A stretch of DNA of 64,000 bases from a virus, in the IMG/VR virus record IMGVR_UViG_3300042987_003796, positions 1 through 64,000 of that record. One strand, written 5' to 3'. The notes beneath the pieces are model-generated. The model made no database searches. It was not told the origin of the DNA and saw only the letters and a list, made by a program, of their open reading frames with translations. Below are positions 18,760 through 29,700 of the stretch, piece by piece (positions within the stretch are counted from its first letter, which is position 1; each line of letters starts with the position of its first letter). The translations under genes and the position numbers were made by a program.

Positions 18760-19593
18760 ATGGACAATAAGAAACAACAAGAAAAATATTTATACTCATT
18801 TGAAGCTACAGATGCTGCTTCAGTTAAAAGAAAATTTTGCATTTTAAAGCCGACTAGAAAAATGAAAGAAAATGGTGAGCTTTTTTATGCATCTAAGCTT
18901 TCTCAGTTTATTTCTGCTGGAGTTTTGCCTAAGATAGTTTGGGACAAAATATTTAAAGATAACGGCGGCATAATATCTGAAGTAGACCAGAAGGAATATT
19001 CTGATCTTTTTGTTGAGTTTTCTGAATTTAGAAATTCCATAGATAGCCTATCTGTTAAAGCTGAAAAAGATAGAACAGAAGATGAGAAAAATCAAATTGA
19101 ATTTTTTGAGGGTCAGCTTATTAGGGTTAGAAAAAGAATGCAAGAAATGGAGATGGCTCAGGTTAATGCATTTGAGAATACGGCTGAAGCAAAGGCAAGA
19201 AATCGCACTATTGTTTGGTGGGCTGCTAATTTGGCTGCCGAGGAAAATAATGGAGTTACGGAATTATTATTGGGAAGTGGACAAATTGAAGATAGACTTG
19301 ATATTTATGACTCTATCATTGAAAATGATAAATTTCTTACCGATTGTTTTTCTAGAATAAATTATTTAGTTACTGTTTGGTACCTTGGCAGTGCATCTTC
19401 TTTTGAAGACTTTAAAACTTTAGATGAGGAATACTTGAAAAGAATTCAAGAGGATGAGTCTCTTTTGAAACCAGATAGTAGTTCGTTAGAAGATAAGAGT
19501 AGAGGTGAGAAAGAAAATGAGACGGTTACTGAAGTTGATTTCAAAAAAACTGAAGAGATTAATCAATCTGTATCTGTGGTAGCAGATAAGTAG
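18760..19593 (+). CDS. Putative tail assembly chaperone 1
   Basis: Acidic helical protein between tail tube and TMP. Confidence 0.55.
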   Translation: MDNKKQQEKYLYSFEATDAASVKRKFCILKPTRKMKENGELFYASKLSQFISAGVLPKIVWDKIFKDNGGIISEVDQKEYSDLFVEFSEFRNSIDSLSVKAEKDRTEDEKNQIEFFEGQLIRVRKRMQEMEMAQVNAFENTAEAKARNRTIVWWAANLAAEENNGVTELLLGSGQIEDRLDIYDSIIENDKFLTDCFSRINYLVTVWYLGSASSFEDFKTLDEEYLKRIQEDESLLKPDSSSLEDKSRGEKENETVTEVDFKKTEEINQSVSVVADK

Positions 19594-19632
19594 AAGATAG
19601 CTTATTATATAATAAGTTACCATATTTTATTT

Positions 19633-20676
19633 ATGGAACTTGATGATATACAAAAGCTTTATGTTAAGGTTTGCGCTGGCTATGAAAAAATATTTATCAA
19701 CGGCGAGGAATGCTTCTTAAAGCATCATACGTATATTGATAGGCACGCCTTAAAGGATAAATATAAAGAAGGTATTTCTATTGCTCAGTCTAATGGTATA
19801 AAGACAGAGAAAGATTATATAGATTTTTACATAGAAAAGAAATGGTGGTCTCAGTCTAAAGAGGATGAAATAAGAACTCTTACTACATTTATTGAAAATT
19901 TAAAAAAAAGTAGAGACAAATTAATATTGCCGTCGCAAAAAGAACAAGTTTCTCAAACTATAAAAGAGGAGCAGGGGAAGCTTGATATAATCATTTCTGA
20001 AAAGAAGAGTATTATTCCAATAACCGCAGAAGAATATGCAGATAAGTATTATAATAGATATTATTTATATTATTCTTTATTTAAAGATAGGGAGTTTTCT
20101 GTTTACTTTGGTAAAAATGAAGATTATTTTATAGAAATAGAAGACGAAATATATAACGATGTGTGGAATAGTGTTTTTAATGTTATTAATTTTCTTAAAT
20201 TAGAAAATATAAAATATGTAGCGGCGACTGGCTTTTTTCAGAATTTATTAATTTTAACTGGAAAAGAAATGTCGATAATAGACTTTTATGGAAAACCGAT
20301 TCCGTCTTTAACTATTAATCAAATTGATTTATTTTCTTATGCCGCAAGTTTTAGAAGATCTATAAATAATGCGACTGAGCAAATTCCGGATTATATACTT
20401 AGCGATCCGCTTAATTTGATAGATTGGTGTGAGGGTGGAAATTCTTCATCTGTAAAAGCAAAGGGTATGATGGAAAGAACGCCAAATAAAAATAAAACAA
20501 AAGGCGAACGTAGCGGTAGAATAAGTTCTATTGTTGGAGCCAGTTCTTCAGATTATAAAAAACTTGGGGTAGGGGGCGTTGCGTCTGGAGGTTCGGATCT
20601 TATATCTGCCGCTGAAGAATCGGGGGGAGAAATGGCTATAAATCAAATAATTAAAAAAACTGATAAATTAAAATAA
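19633..20676 (+). CDS. Putative tail assembly chaperone 2
   Basis: Directly upstream of the TMP. Confidence 0.5.
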   Translation: MELDDIQKLYVKVCAGYEKIFINGEECFLKHHTYIDRHALKDKYKEGISIAQSNGIKTEKDYIDFYIEKKWWSQSKEDEIRTLTTFIENLKKSRDKLILPSQKEQVSQTIKEEQGKLDIIISEKKSIIPITAEEYADKYYNRYYLYYSLFKDREFSVYFGKNEDYFIEIEDEIYNDVWNSVFNVINFLKLENIKYVAATGFFQNLLILTGKEMSIIDFYGKPIPSLTINQIDLFSYAASFRRSINNATEQIPDYILSDPLNLIDWCEGGNSSSVKAKGMMERTPNKNKTKGERSGRISSIVGASSSDYKKLGVGGVASGGSDLISAAEESGGEMAINQIIKKTDKLK

Positions 20677-20744
20677 TTAGGATTGCATATGCTTATTTTG
20701 TGTAAAATTACTGATAGAGGTTAACTTTCGGAGTTTAAAGGTAT

Positions 20745-23700
20745 ATGGCTGATAATTTGACTACGGCAACAATTGATGTAAGAGCAAACACAAGGGGCTT
20801 AGAAAAAGATATTCTAAAAGCTCTTAAAACCGTTGAATTTTCTGAGATAAATACAAAGAAAAGTTCGCAGGCTCTTGGTAGAATAACTGGACAGGTTTCT
20901 GAATTTAATAAAAGCCTGGAAGCGTCTAATGCTCGCGTAGTTGCTTTCGGTGCGTCTGCTGGGGCTATTTTTGCTGTCGAAAAAGCTTTTTCAAGCTTAA
21001 TTTCTTCTACGATAGAGGTGCAGAAAAAACTTACAGATGTAAATATTCTTCTTAATTTATCTTCCTCTGGTTTGCAAAAATTTGGAGATAGCTTATTTGA
21101 TATAGCTAAAAATACAGCTCAGTCTTTTTCTACTGTTGCAGACGCCGCTACCGAGCTTTCTCGTCAGGGTCTTGGCGTTGAAGAGACATTAAAAAGAACA
21201 AATGCCGCGTTAGTTTTGACTAGACTCAGCGGACTTGATGCAAAATCTAGCGTTGATGCGTTGACCGCTACATTAAACTCTTTTGCTGGGTCTGCGCTTG
21301 ATGCGGTAGAGGTAGTTAATAAATTAGCAAACGTTGACGCCGCTTTTGCTGTTAGTTCTGCTGATCTTGCCAATGCTATTAGTCGCGTTGGTTCTACTGC
21401 TGTTGATGCTGGGGTATCCTTAGATGAATTAATTGCTTTAGTTACTTCTGCTCAACAAACTACGGCGAGAGGTGGAGCTGTAATTGGTAACTCTTTTAAA
21501 ACTATTTTTACGCGTTTGCAAAGAGGAAAAGTTCAAGATTTGCTTGGCTCTCTTGGGGTCGATACAACAGAAGGACAAAGTGCGATAAGTTTATTACAAC
21601 AACTTGCGGCAACTTATGATACTCTTGGAGCGGCTCAAAAATCTTACGTTGCAGAGCAGGTTGGTGGCGTTTTCCAAATCAACATTTTAAAAGCAGCTTT
21701 ATCTGATTTGGGTAAGGAGTATAGTATTTTTGGAAGAGCTTTAGATACTTCATTAAGCTCAACAGATGAAGCTATTAGAAGAAATGAACTTTTAAATCAA
21801 ACTATTTCTGCCTTATCTAGTCAAGCCGTTTCTGGATTGCAGCAGGCGGCGAGCAAAATCGGCTCTATTGTTTTTGAACCTAACGCAAAGGGTTTTCTTT
21901 CTGGTTTTAATAATTTATTAGATTCTTTTAATAATATAGATGCAGAAAGCGCTGGTGGAAAGTTAATGACTGGATTTTTTAAGGGTATTGGTGACTTTAT
22001 ATCTGGTCCTGGAGCAGTTTTAGCTACCGCTGTTCTTGTAAAATTATTTTCCAATTTAGCAAAATTTGCAGCTGGGTCAGCAAAAGAATTACTTGGAACT
22101 AATAAAGCTGCACAACAACAGGCTGCTATAGAGCAAAGTATTTTAAGTATACTTCAAAAGAATAGTCAATTTACTAGTCAGATCTTGAGTGGTAAAATGA
22201 CAACAGTTCAGGCAGAAAAGGAATTATTGACTTATTTAACTGCTCAATCAAATATCCTTAGGGAGCAGGAAAGATTAAGCAAAATTATTGGTGCAAATTT
22301 GATGACAGCTGGAGTTAGTATTGGGTCAAGTGGTATTCCAATTGTAGCTGCATCAAAAGGTAAAAAGGCTGCTTCATCTGGATTTATACCAAACTTTGCA
22401 TCAGATCAGGCGATTGGTCAGGCGATGGAGAATGCTGGAGCTAGACAGCATGGATACAAAGCTGGAAAAGCTAAAAAAACAACTATTCATGATGGTAATG
22501 GAAAATCATTCAAATCTTTTGTTAATAGCAAAGAGGATGTAAAAACTTTTACTAATTCCGCTGGCAAGAAAGCTACAATAGTTCGTCCTCCAAATGGGTT
22601 TGGTGAAAATACTCAATATGCTGCTGGTGGATTTGTTCCTAATTTTGCAAAAAATAAAAATGAAGATTCGATAAGAAAAGGTGTGTTGTTTGAAAAACGT
22701 TTGAATAAAGCCCTTAGTGGATCTGCCTCGTTTTCTCCTAATGCTCCAATGGATTTTCCTCTCCCAACTGGTTATGGAAATGACTATGAGATAAGAAGAA
22801 AAATTGGAATTAGTGATGCTTCTATATATGGAGATGCAAAGCTTACTAGAAGTAGAAAAAGCGAACAGAGTTTATTAGACAAATATTTAAGAACGCCAGA
22901 GGGAGTTAAGGATTTTCTTTCAGCAAAAGAAACTTCTAGAGGGTTTATTAATTTAAATCCGAATGGATTATCAATGTTGTTTTCTGGGTCTGGATCTGAT
23001 TCAAGGGGCATATCTTATATTTCCAGTATAAATACTCAGCTTTCTGCTGGCGCAAAACGTTTGATTAGTTCAAGATTTGGTAAAAATCATAAAAAAAGCA
23101 GAACATTGGCAATGCCTTATATTGCTGATAAAATAAACGAAAAAAATTTATCTGGATTAAGTTCTGGTTTTATTCCTAATTTTGGAAAAATGCAAGATCT
23201 TTATAAAAATACGAAGATGCGCGAAGGAAAGGATGATCCTTTTGGCAAAAGAGCTGCTAAGGCTAATTTAGCAGCTAAAAAGGGTATTCCAATTAAAGAT
23301 CTTGGAAACTTGCCATATACAATGATTCACCCTGGTGGTGGTAGTAATTTTCAAGCCTCTGCTAGTTATACTAAAAAAGATAAAAAAACAAATTCTTCAA
23401 CTCAATATGTTGGAAAAATATGGACTGCTGGATTAGATGCAAGCAAGTTAAATCGTAAAACTGTTCAAGATAGAGTTGGAGATGCGCTAGTTACAGAAGC
23501 AAATAATTTAACAAAAATTTTCAATCCTTCTGGGAGTGGGCAATTTAGTAACTATAGTCAGTTGTCAAATACCGGATCTGTATTTAGTGCAGCTGGCACT
23601 GTTTTTGAGTCAGCGGTCAGAAAAGCGTTTAATGTTTCTGCTCAAGGTCAAGGAGATAGGATAGATTTTCCAAATCCATCCTCTGAGCTTAGATCTTTCT

Positions 23701-26700
23701 TTGGAAATGCTCCAGGACCTTATGAGGCAAAAATTTCAAATGACGATACAAATAGGTCAAGTACTCTTTCTAAGTGGATAGCTGTAAATGGATTAAGTGG
23801 TGGATTTATTCCTAGCTTTGCTAATTCTAAGAATAGGCTGTCATTTTCTTATAAGGATAAAGATGAATTTGGAATTAGTGAAATTGAAGCTATAATGAGC
23901 GGTAAAAAAGTTGGTTCATTTAGTTATGCGGAAGATAGACCCGGAATAGTAGATGTTGGAGACCTTACAGTTAATAAAGGAGAAAGAGGAAAGGGTATAG
24001 GGAGCGCGCTTTATAAAGAAGCAATAAAAAGAAACGCCGGCAAAAAAATGAAGGGGCAATTATTGCCACAGATGAATCGCTTATTAGAGAAAATAAAAAA
24101 AGGCGAACCCGTTTCTGCTGAGACCTTATACCCACAAATAAAGAGAGCCGATCTTGCTAAAAGTTCTGTTTTTGAGGTTTATGGGCATAAGGGTTTAGAA
24201 GCAGAAAAAATGACGCGTGATCAGTTTACGTCATTTGTTAATGCAAAAATTACGGAATTAAAAAAAGACCCGAAAAGATTGCAAAGCTATTTTGGAAATG
24301 TAGAAGCTGACGAGTATGGCGGACTTGGAGTGGATTTACAAACTCAACATTCTTCTGGATTTATTCCTAATTTTGCAAGCGGAATAATAACTGGAGACGT
24401 CATTCGGGGAAATGAATATAAAAGCGTTTTAGATTTTCTTGCAAAAACAAATAAACCTGTTAGAACTATTATTGGTCCGTCTGGCTCTGGAAAAACAACA
24501 ATGGCTTCGAAAAGTGGCGGCTCTATTGTTAAGTCATTTAACGATTTAGCGGGATTTGATAGTTATATTCTTGATAGAGCTACGATGTCTATGCCAAAAG
24601 ACGAAATAGTTTCAGAAAATTTAAAAAAGATATTTCGTAAATCTGGAGAAAGCGGCGCTTTAGATTTATTGGTTGGCTCTAGAAATACTATAAAATCTTT
24701 ACGCGAAAAAAGGGCAAAAGAAGGAGACTCTTTAATTCCGGATAGAAAACAATTTACTTCTGGAAGTGGAGGTATTTCATCTTTTGTAAAGGGCGCTAGG
24801 GAATTTGCGTCTGAATATCCAGGAGCTTCTGTTTCTAGAATATTTAAAGATAAGTCTGAATATAAAACAAAAAAAATATTATCAGGGGGGTTTGTTCCCA
24901 ACTTTGCTTCTCCAAAATTAATAGAAGCTATAAATAAAAGAATTAAAAATCCAAACGTTGCCCAAAAGTTAAAAGAGGGAGCTGGCTTGAATGATTCTGC
25001 TTATATGAAAGCCGCGAGTAAGCTTGGAATAGATGTTGCTGGACTAGAGGCATTCCTGCCTCAGATGGGTTTTCCTTTGCGTGGAAAAGATAAGGTATTA
25101 AACTTATCAAAAGCTATTGGTTTTGGTTTTGGTAGATCTTTCATTATAGACGCTCTTAAGATGGGGGATTGGAATTATGTTAAGCCTCAATTTGAATCCG
25201 CTGGCTATGTGAAAGATGACTTTGATAAGTTATCTAAATATGCAAAAACGCCAAAAGGCGAATCTGCCTTAAAATGGTGGAGGTCTAAATCTAGCGGGTT
25301 TATTCCAAATTTTGCTTCTCCAAAGAAAAGCGGAAAGACTTTTAATAGTTACATGAGTAAGCCTTTATCTGATACTATCAGATTCGTGCATCCTCTTAAG
25401 CCAGTTATTGATTCAAGTGGTAATATATCTTTTCCTGGGCTTCCTAAAAAGGGCGCTAAAGCTACAATCATTCATGGGGAGGCAATGGCTGGGCAGGAAA
25501 GAATGACTCTCGATGAGTTTTATGCGCTTGCTGAAAAAAGAAAGAACGATCCAAGATTCTGGGGTAGAAACTCTTTTGAGTATGTATATAATTCAGGAGG
25601 ATTTGTTCCTAATTTTGCTGACGCATTAAATAATGCAATAGCTAGAGAAAAGTCTTCTGGGTTGTCTAATAGTCAGATATATGTTGACCAGCATAGCTCT
25701 TTAAAGAATAAAAATAACCCAATGGGTTTAATGGTTGCTAATACTAGGGATGAGCCAGGCGGTGGAATTCAGGGCATTAAAAGAGCTAAGAAAGAGGGAA
25801 AGAATCCAAAAACTTATGGAACATCTTTTGGGTATGTGCCTAATTTTGCAACTGGACCGATACAACCGTCTCAAGATTACTTGAATGCCTTGAATGAGGC
25901 TGTTAAGGCGGTAGATAAGCTATCGCAAAGTTCTAAAAAAGCATCTGAGGGTTTAAATCGAGCTTCTGATAGTGTTGAGAAATTTGATAACGGAGCTTCT
26001 GGGTCTGGCAAGGGAAAAATGGGTAAGATTGGTGGATTCCTTAAAGATAATGCTTTAACTGTAGGTTTTGGTTTGCAGTCTATAGCTAGTATGGCTGGTG
26101 AATACGCTGGAAATGACGATACTAAATCTGGTCGCGCAATTAAGGCTGGAGCAGGCGCGGTTGGAGATATTGCTAGTTTTACAGGAACTGGGGCTATGAT
26201 TGCTGGACCTTGGGGGGCTGCTGCTGGTTTCGCTGTAGGATTAGGAAAAGCTGCGCTTGATTTGTCAAAAGCCTTAACTACTAAAGTTCCAGATATGGAA
26301 AAAGCTCTTCAGACTAGCTCTGATGCAATGAATAGATTTGGTGAATCTGGTCAAAAGCTATTGCAACTTAATGAGCAATATGGTGACGCGTTAAATTCTG
26401 GAAATCCTGGTCAGGCTGCTGATATAATGGTTAAAACTCAAAAGGCGTATGCGGAAGAGTTAAGTAAATTAACTCAAGCTCAAAGAGATTCATTTATTTC
26501 AGCAGTTGCTCAGGGTAAGGGGCAAGAAGAATATGCAAAAATCCTTGGCGAAATGCAGGATTCTGTTAGAGCCTCTGAGTCGGCTTTGTCTTTGCAAAAA
26601 TTTAGTGAGAGCAAGGGCTTTTTTGGTGGACCTGATAAAAAACTTATATCTGGAATAGATAAAACTTTAGTTTCTGATTTGACAAAGGGTCTTGACGCAG

Positions 26701-29700
26701 ATGCGATTAAAAAAGCTTTAGAAAATGCTTCCCCTGTTCTTACTGATAAGAGCGCGGGAACAGAAAATCAAGCTATTGCATTAATGAAAAGCCTAGCTCA
26801 GTCAGAGAGTCTTACAGTAGATCAAAAAGCTAATTTTGAAAAGATTATTGATTCTTTTGCTTCTGCGGCGGCGCAAACAGATTTAGGAGCAGTTTCTGAG
26901 GCTTTCGTTGAAGGAATTCAGTTAAAGCCTAAATCATTTGAAGATGTTCAAAAAGCTCAAGAGGCGTATAAAAAATCCCAAGAAATAAACAATGCAAAAA
27001 TAAAAGAAGAGATTGCTATTAGAGAAAAAGCAAATGCTTCTTTATTGCAGCTTCAATCTGAAACGGAAGCTATATATACTAGCTTCAATGATTCTCTTGA
27101 AAGATTTATTTCTAGTGTTGAAACAGCCGCAAAAATGCGAGCTGCGTCAGTAGAGTTCAAGCAAGAATTTTATTCTGAAGGCGGAGTTCCAAGCGCCGCT
27201 GAGTCGCAAAAAGAAAAAAATATAGTTCAGGCTTCGAGGGATAATTTGACGGTTGATATTTATAAATCTCAAGTTGAGGCTTCTAATAATTTTAATTCCG
27301 CTGTTAAGGATTTAGTTGGAGGTCTTGATATTGACATAGCAAAGCTTGGCGTCGGCGGTCAGTCGATGGATCAGCAGAATCAGCTGCTTGGCGTACAGTC
27401 TTCTATACAGAAAGCATTGTTGCCAATTCAGGGGATGATATTAAAGGGAGACTATGAAGGGGCAAGACAAAAAACAAGCGAGGCTCTTTCTGGATTAAAG
27501 CCAGAAGAAGTTAGTGCGGTTGGCGTTGACGCGATAACAAAAGTTGGTCAGCAATTAGATCAAACATTGCAGGATAGCGCTAGGAAATTAGATCAGATTA
27601 AACAAAATTCACAAAAAGATCTTGCTATTCAAGCTCAGCAATTAGTTTTTCAAAGAGCTATGTCTAAACTTAGTCAAGCTCAAGGCTTTGGTGGAACAGA
27701 CATAAAAGGTTTAATTACAGATAATGGAGGAGAGTCATTTCAGCAGGCTATTTCTTCTTTGAAAGATCTAAAAACGTTGGGATATAATCAAAAAGATTTG
27801 CAAAAGGGGTACGTAAAGGGCGGTGGAGCTGAAACATATGGAATAAAAGATAAAAAAGCTAATGCTGCGATGAGCGGAAAAGTTATTGATTTTTATGGAG
27901 CTGCCAGTAAAATAATCGGAAGTCCTGTTTTGTCTACCCAATCTAAGGATTTTGGCGCTTTAGCTCAAGCGGTCTCAGACCAGATAAGAAACCAGATGGA
28001 TAAGTTCAAGGCTGCTGGAGAAGGCGTTGTTGACCCTGCTGTTTTTAGTAGAATGGAAAAAGCTCTTGCCACATTAGGTGGGGGAGATATGGTTGCTCAG
28101 TTAAAAATATTTAAAAATATTGGAGTTGCAGATGTTGGTGGAAAGCAAGTAATGGATGAAGCTTTAAAAACTTATAGCGGTGGTCAGTTTGCAAATTTGA
28201 GCCCAGAGCTTAAGAAGGCATTTGAAAGCACTACAGATGAAGGGGCTGCTGCTACTTTATTATTAGTCGCTGTACAAGATAAGCAAACCCAAAGTCTAAA
28301 TACAGGATTTAATTTTTTATCTGGCATTGGAGGGCAAACAAATGACTTATTGTCAAAACAACCGGACGCAATCGCTGCAGCAATAGGAGCGGTTTTAGAA
28401 AAAGGTAGAGCCGATTCTGAGGCGCAAAAAGTTAATCGAGAAGCTGCGTCGCTAGACAAGCAGTTCTTTGATAGTAAGGCTAAACTGAAAGAAGCTAATA
28501 AAGGCGTCGATTCAGCTCAAGCCCAAGTTGATTCTATTGTTGAATCTTTAGGTGGAAATGCTAGTGGATCATCTATTGAGGATTTTATTAAATCCATGCA
28601 GGTTAGTCAAAAAGATAAAGATAAGGCTAAGTCTATAACGTCTTTAGGTAGGAATGAATATATTAATTATAAAACATCGCTGGAGATGACTCCAACAGAA
28701 ATATTGTCAGGGTTACCAACTCCAAGGAGCGACAAAGCCAAACAAGAGTCGGCAAAAAAATATGACGAAGCTGTGGCTCTTCAAGAAAAAGTAAAAAAAC
28801 TTGATGCATTGAAAGCCGCATCTCAGCAGGTTAGTAGTAAAAAATCTGAAGCTGTAGGTATTTCTAATGAAATAAAAGAAATCAATAAAAAATATGATGC
28901 GCTTGCGCCAGATATTCAAGCTAAAAACGATGCCGCAAAAAAGGCTTCTGAAGTTGCTGCGCAAAGCAGAAATCTAGTTCTTGATAAGAAGCCATTGCAG
29001 GATTCTATGGATTATTACGCAAATGATAAAAAAGCTAGAGAGGCTGCTTTAGCTCAATCTTTGGCGACAGAAAATCTCAAAAAAACAAAACAGCAAAAAC
29101 AAACTCTAGATAGAACGTCTGGGGCAGAAAAGGCTATGAGCCCTACTGGAAAGCTAGATACTTATGAAAATATAGCGATTACTAAAGCTGGCGGCGCAAA
29201 CCAAGCTGCTTTCCAAGATTTATTGTCTCAAATGGTTGTGCCGAGTTTTGATAAATTTAAAGATGTTTATGCGTCTCTTGGAGAAGAGGGTGGAGCAAAA
29301 GGCGCTTACGAAAGAACCATAAATGAAATGATTGGACCAGCTCTTTCCCAAAAGCTGCCAATTGTAGAATCTGGATCTCAAGGTCAGCAAATAGCTTCTG
29401 CTATTACAGAGGGCATTAAGCAAGCTTCCGCCTCAGTGGTTGGTGGAGGCATTACACGCGAAGAAAATAAATCGTTGATGAGCAAACATGGGTATGTTGA
29501 AGGAGAGGGTTGGAAAAATGAAAGCGGTAAGGCGGCTTATTCTGAAGAACTTAAAATGTTAAAAGAACAAAAGCAAGCTCAGCAGCAGTTGTCTTCACAG
29601 ACTAGCGCAAATAATTTACAAAAAAATGCAGAGCAAGAGCAGGCGAAAAAACAAGAAAGCGAGAAAGCTAAAGCTCAATCTGCTCAGCAAGATCCTACTC

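Noticed and set aside
22380-25850. TMP motif copies as CRISPR repeats, attC sites or inteins
   Set aside because: Conserved at peptide level with synonymous variation, no palindromes, and no intein C/S...HN termini
21164-29423. Short antisense ORFs within the TMP, and similar ones elsewhere
   Set aside because: Fully nested opposite long genes with no recognisable motifs; expected by chance
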